Shown here in pieces: positions 18,565 through 28,213 of a stretch of DNA of 64,000 bases. The DNA lies in the sequence record OR805294.1. One strand, given 5' to 3'. Each line of letters opens with the position of its first letter. The first letter of the stretch is position 1. The position numbers and the translations under genes are program-made. The notes below the pieces were generated by a model. That model saw nothing but the letters and a program-made list of their open reading frames with translations. It was not told the DNA's origin and searched no databases.

Positions 18565-21249
18565 ATGGCTATTAAAAATTTTAGCATAAGTGGCATCGGA
18601 CGCGATGTCCAGCTAGGCAAAAAAGGCGGCCGCCTTTCTTTTACAAGCGGTGTATTTGCATTCACTAGTGACCTGGGCGGTACTAACTATGCACCTGTTA
18701 TAGGCGGAACACCCCTACAACCAGAACATTTAGCAACTAAAGCATATGTAGATTCTATAAGCGGCGGAATAAAACCACTCCAAAGTGTTTCGGTTTCTAC
18801 ACAACAGTCATATACTGTAGATGGTAATAATACTAATCCGGGAACAGGTGCAACTTGGGCTGCCGGTGTATTTAGTGATTTCCCCAGAACAGTAGACGGA
18901 CATGTACTGGAAATGGGAAGTCGTGTTTTAGTTAGACTAGAAGGTATAACTATAACAGGTGACACACCTACTGTCAACGATGCTGGCGCAGCTAGAAACG
19001 GTATTTATATTGTTACTAACGTAGACACGGAAAACAATACAGTTACATTAGACAGGGCACCAGATTCGGACGAAGATAATGAGTTTATATTTGGCTCATA
19101 TGTTCTTGTAGAAAACGGTACTTCTGCAGGTGACGGTTATACTTTAACTGCACAATACGGTGGTTCAGAAGTTACTCCTCCTAACCAGATGAACGTTGAT
19201 CCGCAATTCTGGGTAAAATACACTTCTGCAGGTGCAACATATACTGCCGGCGCTGGCCTAGCGTTGTCGGATAACGAATTTTCGTTAAGTATTCCTACTT
19301 TATCGGATTTTACAGGCACTGCTGCTGATACATTATCTCTAGCAGTATCTAACGGTACAACTAATAATAAATTAACAGTAAATAAATTATTTACTGATTT
19401 AGGAGTTGTTACTGCGTTAGGACAAACCGATGGTGTTATAGTAAAATCTGGTTCTAGCTATGTAAGTAGAACTATAGTTGCAGATACTACCGGCAATAAA
19501 CTAGGTATTGCTGTATCTAATACAGACGGTTCTGCAGGAAATATAACAGTAGGGTTAGATGTAAATGGATTAACTGCCGTTTCCTCTGCACTAAACGATA
19601 CTGATGTCCTCCCAATATACGATGGAACTAGTAACAAAAAGGTTTCTATAAGCCAATTAGCTGCCGAATTTACATCTGGTTTTTCTTCTAATAGTATTTC
19701 TCAATTAGATAGTTCTGTTGTAGTAACAGATACAGGAACCGACGGCACAATTACCTTTACTGCCGATAATACTGCGGTTGCTACTATTACTTCTGCAGGC
19801 CTTACTTCGTCTAATTTAACTGCAAGTAACTTAACTAGCGGAAGAATAGTACTGGCAGGAACTTCCGGTCATTTAGAAGATAACTCTGCTCTTACTTTTT
19901 CTGCAGGTATACTGAATGTAGGATCACTGACTGTAGATAGTGCTACTAGTACAATTTCTACAACAGAAACAAACGGAAATATAATTATTGCGCCAAACGG
20001 TACAGGCGAAGTAGTAATACAAGGCAATGGTAATGCAGAAATAAGTGCAGAACTAGGTGAACAACTAAGTCTACGCGGTGACGGTGTTATTATAGGAAAC
20101 ACTGCAAACACAGTAGACTATATTACTGCAACAGAAACTAATACTATATTCTATTCTACATTAGCAAATAATATAGCCATTGCCGGTGCCGCTGCGAGTT
20201 CAAACCCGTCTATTACTGCATTAGGTTCAGATACAAACTTAGGTCTAAACTTAGGAGTAAAAGGCACAGGAAAAATTGTTGTTACTGGCGTAACAGCATC
20301 TGCATATTCTTCTGGCTTAACTGACGCATCGTTAGTTAACAAACTATATGTAGATACTGCTGTTTCGGGTGCTTCTGGCAACATAACAGCACTACAAACA
20401 GAAGTAAATGCCATAGAAACTTCCGTAGGATTGAATACAGACGGAACTCTTTCTGCATATACCGGAACAAACTATTTAGACTCTGCAACTACTATAAGAC
20501 AGGCTACTACCTTACTTGACGCACAAGTAAAAACTAATGCAGACGATATATTAGATAAAGCAGATCAAACAGAAGTAGATGCTATAGAGACTGCTGTTGG
20601 CTTAGGAACAGATGGCACACTAGCACCTTATACTGGAACAAATTATTTAAATTCTGCAACTAGTATAAAACAAGCAACTATTTTGCTAGATACACAAATA
20701 AAGTCCAACGAAGACGATATAGCACTAAAAGCCAACCAAACAGAAGTAGATGCTATAGAAACAGGCGCTGGGCTCAATACAGACGGTACTTATACTGCCG
20801 ATGCAACTACTAACTATATAACTACTGCTACAAGTTTAGCTAATGCAGACAAGTTATTAGATGCACAAATTAAAATTAATACCGATGCTATTGCACAATT
20901 GGGTTCTGCTGCAGGTTCGGTTCGTACTGTAACATTAGAAAATATTCCATTTGATACTGATAGTTCGACTCCTATAATAGAAGGCACCGATCTACCTGCA
21001 AACGGCATTATTATCAATAGTATAATATTTAAAGTAAATACTGCTGCTGATACTGCTGCCTGGGCTACTGTAACTCATAACTCAGTTACACTAGCATCAG
21101 ACACAACTAATGATCCGGAGGTAGCTGGATTATATCAAGTGGACGTGTTCTCTAATTCGGTCGCCGGACAAGATATTACTCTAACTATAGCTGCACATGG
21201 CGCAAGTACAGGTACTGTTACTGTATTACTCCAATATACAATTCTATAA
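18565..21249 (+). CDS. Fibre-like structural protein with coiled-coil repeats
   Basis: HLATKAYVD and LVNKLYVD fibre motifs. Three ~52-aa repeats (EVxAIETxxGLxTDGT...TNYxxxAT...LLDxQxKxNxDxI). Confidence 0.78.
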   Translation: MAIKNFSISGIGRDVQLGKKGGRLSFTSGVFAFTSDLGGTNYAPVIGGTPLQPEHLATKAYVDSISGGIKPLQSVSVSTQQSYTVDGNNTNPGTGATWAAGVFSDFPRTVDGHVLEMGSRVLVRLEGITITGDTPTVNDAGAARNGIYIVTNVDTENNTVTLDRAPDSDEDNEFIFGSYVLVENGTSAGDGYTLTAQYGGSEVTPPNQMNVDPQFWVKYTSAGATYTAGAGLALSDNEFSLSIPTLSDFTGTAADTLSLAVSNGTTNNKLTVNKLFTDLGVVTALGQTDGVIVKSGSSYVSRTIVADTTGNKLGIAVSNTDGSAGNITVGLDVNGLTAVSSALNDTDVLPIYDGTSNKKVSISQLAAEFTSGFSSNSISQLDSSVVVTDTGTDGTITFTADNTAVATITSAGLTSSNLTASNLTSGRIVLAGTSGHLEDNSALTFSAGILNVGSLTVDSATSTISTTETNGNIIIAPNGTGEVVIQGNGNAEISAELGEQLSLRGDGVIIGNTANTVDYITATETNTIFYSTLANNIAIAGAAASSNPSITALGSDTNLGLNLGVKGTGKIVVTGVTASAYSSGLTDASLVNKLYVDTAVSGASGNITALQTEVNAIETSVGLNTDGTLSAYTGTNYLDSATTIRQATTLLDAQVKTNADDILDKADQTEVDAIETAVGLGTDGTLAPYTGTNYLNSATSIKQATILLDTQIKSNEDDIALKANQTEVDAIETGAGLNTDGTYTADATTNYITTATSLANADKLLDAQIKINTDAIAQLGSAAGSVRTVTLENIPFDTDSSTPIIEGTDLPANGIIINSIIFKVNTAADTAAWATVTHNSVTLASDTTNDPEVAGLYQVDVFSNSVAGQDITLTIAAHGASTGTVTVLLQYTIL

Positions 21250-21261
21250 GTTGTTTTAAAT

Positions 21262-21291
21262 TAAATAAAGGGCCCTAGGGCCCTTTATTTA
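21262..21291 (+). terminator. Rho-independent terminator
   Basis: TAAATAAAGGGCCC-ta-GGGCCCTTTATTTA. Confidence 0.8.
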
Positions 21292-21361
21292 TGTATAAAC
21301 AGAGCAGATCACAAAACACAATAAACTCATAAATACTTTCGTATAGTAAAATACTATGCAC

Positions 21362-21404
21362 AGGAGTTCCTGCTCGGAGTAGAAGCTCCGAGCAAGGGGT
21401 TCTT
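21362..21404 (+). promoter_or_regulatory. Long 5' leader hairpin upstream of the putative holin
   Basis: TGCTCGGAG-tagaag-CTCCGAGCA core, extended by AGGAGTTCC/GGGGTTCTT with G-U pairs. Confidence 0.6.
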
Positions 21405-21406
21405 TC

Positions 21407-21748
21407 GTGAGGAAACAAAAAATGTCAGAGAACACTAAACCCCTAACTTCAGACAAAATGCTTAATTGGAAACCGCTGGCGGCATTAGTCTACTTGTTTA
21501 TCTGCGTTATGGATTTTGTTGTTATGCCGGTCCTAGTCCATCAATACAACAAAGAAATGTTATCTAAAATTTCTAACTTATCTGAACAAAATCTTGTTCT
21601 AGAAAAAACAGAAGTTTTAAAATTACAGAAATGGGAACCATTAACATTACAAAACGCAGGGTTGTTTCATATTGCATTTGGCACTATAATAACAGGTGCA
21701 GCAGTGTTTGGCGAAATTAGACAACGTACCAAATCATCTGGCTCTTAA
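21407..21748 (+). CDS. Putative holin (3TM GTA-holin-like); in-frame starts GTG 21407 and ATG 21422
   Basis: NWKPLAALVYLFICVMDFVVMP and WEPLTLQNAGLFHIAFGTIITGAAVF hydrophobic segments with a basic C-terminus. Family assignment is from recalled motif similarity only. Confidence 0.55.
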   Translation: MRKQKMSENTKPLTSDKMLNWKPLAALVYLFICVMDFVVMPVLVHQYNKEMLSKISNLSEQNLVLEKTEVLKLQKWEPLTLQNAGLFHIAFGTIITGAAVFGEIRQRTKSSGS

Positions 21749-21956
21749 AATGAATAATACATACACAGTTTTAACCATTCGGGGTTTTGGTAGAACTTAA
21801 ATAGAATACCCAAGCCCAGACCAGGCTTAAGTATTTTTTAATTAATAGCTGACAGTCACACATAACATTGTATCACATATAGCTACTTGGTGCAAGAATA
21901 CAAGTCGGAATTTGTTAGCTGACCCAAACGGGTCAGCTCTTTGATTGGATTAGACA

Positions 21957-22529
21957 ATGAGCATACTTACTTCTATATTAAATAATACTTTAAATTCAGT
22001 AGTGTTTGTTTATGGTAGAATGAATCCCCCTACAATAGGGCACGGAAAAGTTATATCAGAAATGCTAAAGATAGCAAAAGAATATAATGCTGCGCATTGT
22101 GTGTTTTTGTCTCATTCTTCTGGAAATAAAAAAAATCCATTACTTTGGGAAGAAAAAGTATCATATATGAAAATGTTTTTTCCTGGGGTAAATATTAACG
22201 AATCTAAAATAAATAATCCGTTTTCTGCATTAGATTTACTTTCGAAAAAATATAAACACGTAACCTTTATTGCAGGAAGTGATAGATTAGAAGATTACAA
22301 AAGAAATATGCCTGCATATGCAAAAAGTATAGGCATAGAATTAGATATAATATCGTCTGGTAATAGACTAGAAGAGAGTACTTCTATAGAAGGTGTAAGT
22401 GCGTCTAAAGCAAGAAAATTAGTCTTAGAAAACAATTTTGAACTATTTTCTGAATTAATACCATCTGACGATATTGCAGAAAAAAGAAATTTATTTTTGC
22501 TGCTTCAAACTAGATTAATGGATAATTAA
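21957..22529 (+). CDS. HIGH-motif nucleotidyltransferase (cytidylyltransferase/NMNAT-like)
   Basis: VFVYGRMNPPTIGH (HIGH-like), KKNPL, FIAGSDR, and GVSASKAR (SxS/T-xxR motif). Confidence 0.85.
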   Translation: MSILTSILNNTLNSVVFVYGRMNPPTIGHGKVISEMLKIAKEYNAAHCVFLSHSSGNKKNPLLWEEKVSYMKMFFPGVNINESKINNPFSALDLLSKKYKHVTFIAGSDRLEDYKRNMPAYAKSIGIELDIISSGNRLEESTSIEGVSASKARKLVLENNFELFSELIPSDDIAEKRNLFLLLQTRLMDN

Positions 22530-22531
22530 AT

Positions 22532-23479
22532 ATGTTGAAAATAAAAGGAAGTCCATCCGTAGGTAAAATATCAGCAACAATTAATAGACCGTTTTTAACT
22601 AAAACCTTAGTTACTACGATGCCACAAAACATTGCAAATTTTACTGCAGGATATGGTGGCGGAATGTTGCATATATTCGGGGGCGAAGCTGTTCCTAGTG
22701 TAGGCCAAATACAAATATATAGACGATACAATATAGCAACTAATACTTGGTTAAGTCCTAGCGGAAACATAGGAGCCTGGGCATGGGGAGGCGGCGGCTA
22801 TTACAATGGAAGTTTTTGGGCGCTGTGTGGTTCTAACAATGGATATAATACTTCGTATTTTCAGATAAACCCTTCCACTGCAACAGGTACACGATATACA
22901 GATATGGCCGGCGGTTCTAGAGGACAAGGAAGAACCGCATCAGTAGATAATCTAAACGTATTTGTTATAGGAGGTATTGGGCAAAATAATATAACAAATG
23001 CATTGTGTTATAGATTTAATGCTAGTACAAGAGCATGGACAGTAAGAACAAGTATGCCATCGCCAAGAAATGGTCATACCATAGGATCGTATAACGGGAA
23101 AATATATGTACTAGGTGGCTGGAACGAAACATCAAACAATCTTTCAGACGTTCTAGAATACAACATATCTACTAATACGTGGACAACTTTACCTACTACA
23201 ATACCAGGAGCACCTTCTAGCTGGTTCGGCGGGTTTGTATATAAACAATATGCTGTATACGGCGCGTCATCTTCTTCTAATACGCTTTTATTTAAAATAT
23301 TAGATTTAAATAAAATGACATGGGAAATTTTAGATACCGGGTTGCCTCGCCGCTGGTCTGCAGAATATGTAGTTACAGAAACCGGTGTATATATGATAGG
23401 CGGTAGTAGTTCTTATCCCGGCGCTGCCAACTATTTTACTGCCCCCAGATATAACGAAATATATTTCTTTAAAGGTTAA
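22532..23479 (+). CDS. Kelch-repeat beta-propeller protein
   Basis: Repeated IFGG/VIGG/VLGG/MIGG...Y(N/D)xxTNTW units, e.g. NGKIYVLGGWN...VLEYNISTNTW. Confidence 0.88.
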   Translation: MLKIKGSPSVGKISATINRPFLTKTLVTTMPQNIANFTAGYGGGMLHIFGGEAVPSVGQIQIYRRYNIATNTWLSPSGNIGAWAWGGGGYYNGSFWALCGSNNGYNTSYFQINPSTATGTRYTDMAGGSRGQGRTASVDNLNVFVIGGIGQNNITNALCYRFNASTRAWTVRTSMPSPRNGHTIGSYNGKIYVLGGWNETSNNLSDVLEYNISTNTWTTLPTTIPGAPSSWFGGFVYKQYAVYGASSSSNTLLFKILDLNKMTWEILDTGLPRRWSAEYVVTETGVYMIGGSSSYPGAANYFTAPRYNEIYFFKG

Positions 23480-23481
23480 AC

Positions 23482-25392
23482 ATGAAATTAGGAAAATTTA
23501 ATCATAACGGAAATTTACATATAAAATATAGACCGGCGCCGTTAGTCGATGTAGGTCCTGTCCTACAATATAAATTTCTAGCAAATGAACCATTAGACGA
23601 AGCAACAGAATCGATGTCAATTTCGTCTGGCACAGTTTCTATACAAAATAGTTCGATGTATACTTCTGGCAGCACAGTAAACAATTATTTCTATAGAAAA
23701 TTACCTAGTATACTTAAAAATACCAAATTTACAATAGAATTGACAATAAGGTCAGAAGGCGAAATTCCGTCTACTAGTAATATAATAGGTACATGGAATC
23801 CATCTAACGAATTTTGGTTGTTATCTGTAATTAACAACAATTTAGTATTTCAGTGGAATAATGGAACTGCCACTACCGGTACTAGACAAGTATTTACATT
23901 TAGTAATGTACAAGTACCTTCAGACCAAGACGTTCATTTAGCCGTATGTAGAGATGACACTATGTTATATGGATTTGTAAATGGACAACTAGCAGGTTCG
24001 TTTGAAGTGTCATTTGCAGGGCATACTAATGTTGTATCGGGGTCTATATTCTCTACAAGAAGCATGGCCACCACAAATAACTATTTTAATGGATATAGAA
24101 AAAATATTAGAATAGTAAATGACAAGGCATTATATGTTGCACCATTTACACTATCTAGCGTAACTATGGCTGATGTAAAGCCAGAATACTATACCCCGGA
24201 AGATGCTAGCTTAGTAGTAGGTCAAATAACATGTAAACGAAATTCATTGTTCCAAGAAACTATGAATACTCCTACTTTACTACTTACAGGTTTATCTAAT
24301 TCTACAACAGGACGATTTGTAACAACTACTAATAATACTTCTGGCTTCCAATTTTCTCCTGTAACAAATTGGCAATCGGGTGATTACACAATAGAATTAT
24401 ATATAAACTTATCTACAGTAGGCGCCGGCGGTGCCATACTAATAGGTCAATGGACATCTTCGGGTGGCACTGACATCGGATGGTCTATCTCTATGCAACA
24501 AAATGGAAGCGTCAGACATTTCTATTCCACCGACGGATTATACGACCAAGCAAACGGTAATTCCGGAGTATTGCAAGCACCCAATGGTACCTTGGTATTA
24601 AACAAAGATACCCATGTATGTGCAATGCGGAAAAATGGGGTAATAGGATTATTTGTAGATGGTGTTAGACTAGCCCAGGTAAACGAGGCAAGGCCACTAT
24701 GGAATAGTCAAATACCTATTAGAAACACATGGACTGCGCCAGCAGATGGTTATGCATTAGCAGAACGCTGGAATATAAGATGTATTTCTAAAGCAATGTA
24801 TGATATAAACGGTTTCGTTCCACCGGTTCGTTTACCTACATTTCCCAATTTATTAACAAATACAGGTAGTTATTCGCGCTCTGTATTGTCTGGCACAACT
24901 ACTACAGCAGATGTTATGGGAAATATTATACAATTTAATTCCTCCGGACAAACATCCGGCGGCGGCTACCAAAAATATTTTATATATGGTTCTAAAAAAG
25001 TAGAAATAATAGGAAATACCATATCTTCAGATTCAACACAACAAATGAGATATGGTTTAACAAACACAACTCCTACCACATTTGCAGAGTCAGAATCTGA
25101 TTTTAATTCCGGTACATTCCCATATGCGTATGCCGATAGAATTAACAGTGTCATTCAAATAGTTAAACAAGGTAGTGTTATAGGTAGTTTGCCTCATTCT
25201 ACTGCCAACCACACCTTTAAAATAACGTATGATTTCGAAAATAATCAGTTTACTTATGCAGTTACTTCTGGCACTGCACAAGGACAATCTGTTACTACAA
25301 GTCTAGATTCTACAATAACACAGAATACTAAGTTTGCAGTATGTGGGTCCAAATCTAATATACAAATAACTTCTGTAAAAATACAACAATAA
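23482..25392 (+). CDS. Concanavalin A/LamG-like lectin-domain protein (two domains)
   Basis: FTIELTI...HLAVCRDDTMLYGFVNG...RIVNDKALY and YTIELYI...HVCAMRKNGVIGLFVDG. Confidence 0.8.
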   Translation: MKLGKFNHNGNLHIKYRPAPLVDVGPVLQYKFLANEPLDEATESMSISSGTVSIQNSSMYTSGSTVNNYFYRKLPSILKNTKFTIELTIRSEGEIPSTSNIIGTWNPSNEFWLLSVINNNLVFQWNNGTATTGTRQVFTFSNVQVPSDQDVHLAVCRDDTMLYGFVNGQLAGSFEVSFAGHTNVVSGSIFSTRSMATTNNYFNGYRKNIRIVNDKALYVAPFTLSSVTMADVKPEYYTPEDASLVVGQITCKRNSLFQETMNTPTLLLTGLSNSTTGRFVTTTNNTSGFQFSPVTNWQSGDYTIELYINLSTVGAGGAILIGQWTSSGGTDIGWSISMQQNGSVRHFYSTDGLYDQANGNSGVLQAPNGTLVLNKDTHVCAMRKNGVIGLFVDGVRLAQVNEARPLWNSQIPIRNTWTAPADGYALAERWNIRCISKAMYDINGFVPPVRLPTFPNLLTNTGSYSRSVLSGTTTTADVMGNIIQFNSSGQTSGGGYQKYFIYGSKKVEIIGNTISSDSTQQMRYGLTNTTPTTFAESESDFNSGTFPYAYADRINSVIQIVKQGSVIGSLPHSTANHTFKITYDFENNQFTYAVTSGTAQGQSVTTSLDSTITQNTKFAVCGSKSNIQITSVKIQQ

Positions 25393-25417
25393 GTCCTTTA
25401 AATTAGGAAAAATTTCA

Positions 25418-25446
25418 TTGACTAACTCCGTTTACACTAGTATAAT
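25418..25446 (+). promoter_or_regulatory. sigma70 promoter
   Basis: TTGACT-17 bp-TATAAT. Confidence 0.8.
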
Positions 25447-25472
25447 ATATGCAATGTTTAACGGAGTTAACA

Positions 25473-25748
25473 ATGACTGACATTAATCCAAATTCTCGCC
25501 ACTACTCTGCTGAAGACGTCCGGCGAATTAAACAGTTAGTTTCTGAAGGCATGCAAGTCATGCAAGAAATTGAAGATTTAAAAACTGGACTAGCAGAAAC
25601 AGTTAAAGCAATTGCAGAAGAAGTAAATGTTAAGCCTTCCCAGCTTAATAAAGTTATTAAAATCGCACATAAACGTTCTTTAAACGAAGAACTAGATAAG
25701 ATTAACGAAGTAGAAGAGATTCTAGACGCAATTAAAGAAGGTCGTTAA
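25473..25748 (+). CDS. Small coiled-coil DNA-binding protein (T4 DsbA/GapR-like)
   Basis: Start moved to ATG 25473 after an ACGGAG RBS. RIKQLVSEG...EIEDLKTGLAETVKAI...KPSQLNKVIKIAH pattern. Confidence 0.5.
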   Translation: MTDINPNSRHYSAEDVRRIKQLVSEGMQVMQEIEDLKTGLAETVKAIAEEVNVKPSQLNKVIKIAHKRSLNEELDKINEVEEILDAIKEGR

Positions 25749-25760
25749 TATTTTCAAAAC

Positions 25761-25785
25761 AAGCCGTGCTTTTGCGCGGCTTTTT
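25761..25785 (+). terminator. Rho-independent terminator
   Basis: AAGCCGTGC-tttt-GCGCGGCTTTTT. Confidence 0.65.
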
Positions 25786-25801
25786 ATTTTGTAGGACAAT
25801 T

Positions 25802-28213
25802 ATGTACATCGATATTTTCGAAGATAAGAAAAATGAAATACTTCTGGTTGCAGAACGATCTGCAGGCAAACGAATATACAAACAATACCCTATAGATCAT
25901 ACGTATTACATATTAGATGCAAACGGACCGTATAAGGATATATTCGGTAATAATGCTAAAGCCATTAAGCCATCTAGCATAAATGAAAAAATGACTCAAA
26001 TGAAAATGCTAGATTTTTCGCAAACGTGCGAAATAGACGTCAGGCCAGAATTTAGATGCCTGGAAGTAAACTATAAGAATGCACCTATGCCAGATTTGCA
26101 TGTTGCATTCTTCGATATCGAGACCGCGTTTGATCAAAAACGCGGTTATGCCGACCCAGCTGATCCTTTTAATCCCATTATATCAATATCTGTATATTTG
26201 CAATGGATGCAGCAAATGGTTTGCTTAGCATTAGCACCAGAGACTATATTGCCAGAAGATGCACAACGCATAGCATCAGAAGTAGGCGAAACAATTATAT
26301 GTAAAAATGAAAAAGAAATGCTAAGTATGTTTATTGACTTAGTAGAAGATGCAGACATTTTATCAGGTTGGAACTCAGAACGTTTCGATATTCCTTATAC
26401 TTTTAACAGAATTGTAAAATTATTAGGTAAGAATGAACTAAGAAAATTATGCCTTTGGAATCTTATGCCCAAGAAGCGCAATATTGAACAAGAAGGCGGC
26501 AGTAGTTTTGTTACATTCGAAACGTTTGGTAGAATACATTTAGATTATCTCCAATTGTATAAAAAATATAATTACGAAGAACGTCATAGTTACTCGTTAG
26601 ATTCTATTTCGGAAATCGAACTAGGTGAACGAAAAGTTCCATACAACGGAACATTAGACAAACTTTATAAATATGATTTTAAAAAGTTTTTAGAATATAA
26701 CATTCAAGATACTCGACTCCTAGATAAGTTAGATAGAAAATTAAAATATATAGATCTAGCTTCCACTATTGCACATAGTAATTGCATTCCTATCCCTACT
26801 GTTATGGGTGCAGTAGCTACAACCGAACAAGCAATTATAATCGAAGCACATAATAACGGCATGGTAGTGCCATCTAGGCAACGTTTTAAAAACAATGATA
26901 CCCTTAAAGCTGCAGGCGGCTGGGTAGCATATCCTAAAGTAGGACTGCATAGAGATATTGGCTCAAGTGACTTAAATTCTCTGTATCCTTCTGTGTTAAG
27001 GGCACTAAACATGAGCCCAGAAACTATTATAGGACAAGTTCGGTTAACACTTACTAACCCTGCAATTGAAGAATGGTGTGCAAAAGGCGGAACAAAACAT
27101 ACATTTGCTGCATGGTGGAACGATAGGTTTACCACTTTAGAAATGGAATATGTGTTAAACAAAGACAGGGGTACTATATTAACGTTAGATATGGCAGACG
27201 GGCGCTCGTTTGAACTGTCAGGTGCCGAAATATACGAATTAGTATTCAACAGTGGTCAGAATTGGCATATCAGTGCTAACGGAACTATATTCACACAAGA
27301 CAGAGCAGGTGTAATTCCGTTACTGCTTACAAGATGGTATGCAGAACGTAAAGGGATGCAGAAAATTGCATCAGATTATAATTCTTTAGATAAAGAACAC
27401 CATAGCGACAAAACTGTATTTTTAGAAGATAAATCAGTATTAGATGGAATATGCGTAGGCGAAGTTGAATTAGCAGACCATTATAATATTAATGATGTAT
27501 ATGTTGCAGCTACATTAAAAAATCTTGTCGAATCAAAAAATTGGCAAGAAGTAGCAATATATATGAAAAAGTATGGACTAGAAGTGTCGTCTGACAATTC
27601 AATTGTTATGTCAGATTCCCATATGCAAAACGAATATTACGAATATTGGGATAAAGCCCAGTTAGTTCGTAAAATTGGATTGAACAGCTTATATGGCGGA
27701 CTACTTAACGAACATTCCAGGTTCTACGATAAAAGACTAGGGCAGAGTACTACACTCACAGGGCGCTGTATCACTAGACATATGGCTTCTAAAACAAACG
27801 AAATGTTCACTGGCATTTATGATCACGAAGGCGATTGTGTAATTTATGGCGATACAGATAGTGTAGATGGATCAACTATCCTAAATACTTCTCTAGGTAA
27901 AATAACTATAGAAGAATTGTTTAATGTGTCTGACAAGCATGTAGTTCATGCAGAAAAAGAATTTGCTTCGAATGAAGATGTTATGGTAATGTCGTGGGAC
28001 AATTCTGCAAAACAACCATATATGGGGCATATAAACTATGTGTACCGCCACGAAGTAGAAAAAGAGTTATTCGAAATAGAAGACAACAACGGAAATAAAG
28101 TTATAGTAACCGAAGATCATTCTATTATGGTTATACGTAATGCAGAACTACTAGAAGTTAAACCCACAGATTTAACAGATAGTGATATAATATTATCTAT
28201 TGTATATGAATAA
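25802..28213 (+). CDS. polB: DNA polymerase family B, N-terminal part, fused to the N-fragment of a split intein
   Basis: ExoI FFDIET, ExoII GWNSERFDIPY, ExoIII YNIQD, motif A SSDLNSLYPS, motif B KIGLNSLYG, motif C YGDTD, then intein sequence. ATG 25802 is preferred. Confidence 0.95.
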   Translation: MYIDIFEDKKNEILLVAERSAGKRIYKQYPIDHTYYILDANGPYKDIFGNNAKAIKPSSINEKMTQMKMLDFSQTCEIDVRPEFRCLEVNYKNAPMPDLHVAFFDIETAFDQKRGYADPADPFNPIISISVYLQWMQQMVCLALAPETILPEDAQRIASEVGETIICKNEKEMLSMFIDLVEDADILSGWNSERFDIPYTFNRIVKLLGKNELRKLCLWNLMPKKRNIEQEGGSSFVTFETFGRIHLDYLQLYKKYNYEERHSYSLDSISEIELGERKVPYNGTLDKLYKYDFKKFLEYNIQDTRLLDKLDRKLKYIDLASTIAHSNCIPIPTVMGAVATTEQAIIIEAHNNGMVVPSRQRFKNNDTLKAAGGWVAYPKVGLHRDIGSSDLNSLYPSVLRALNMSPETIIGQVRLTLTNPAIEEWCAKGGTKHTFAAWWNDRFTTLEMEYVLNKDRGTILTLDMADGRSFELSGAEIYELVFNSGQNWHISANGTIFTQDRAGVIPLLLTRWYAERKGMQKIASDYNSLDKEHHSDKTVFLEDKSVLDGICVGEVELADHYNINDVYVAATLKNLVESKNWQEVAIYMKKYGLEVSSDNSIVMSDSHMQNEYYEYWDKAQLVRKIGLNSLYGGLLNEHSRFYDKRLGQSTTLTGRCITRHMASKTNEMFTGIYDHEGDCVIYGDTDSVDGSTILNTSLGKITIEELFNVSDKHVVHAEKEFASNEDVMVMSWDNSAKQPYMGHINYVYRHEVEKELFEIEDNNGNKVIVTEDHSIMVIRNAELLEVKPTDLTDSDIILSIVYE
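27860..28210 (+). mobile_element. Split intein N-fragment (IntN, 117 aa)
   Basis: Begins SVDGSTIL immediately after YGDTD (block A, Ser1). Block B VTEDHS (TxxH). Ends at stop codon 28211-28213. Confidence 0.92.

Noticed and set aside
2987-27249. Many 60-180-aa minus-strand ORFs opposite clpA, the fibre genes and polB
   Set aside because: They lie antisense to long, motif-bearing genes and lack RBSs or recognisable motifs, as expected for shadow ORFs.
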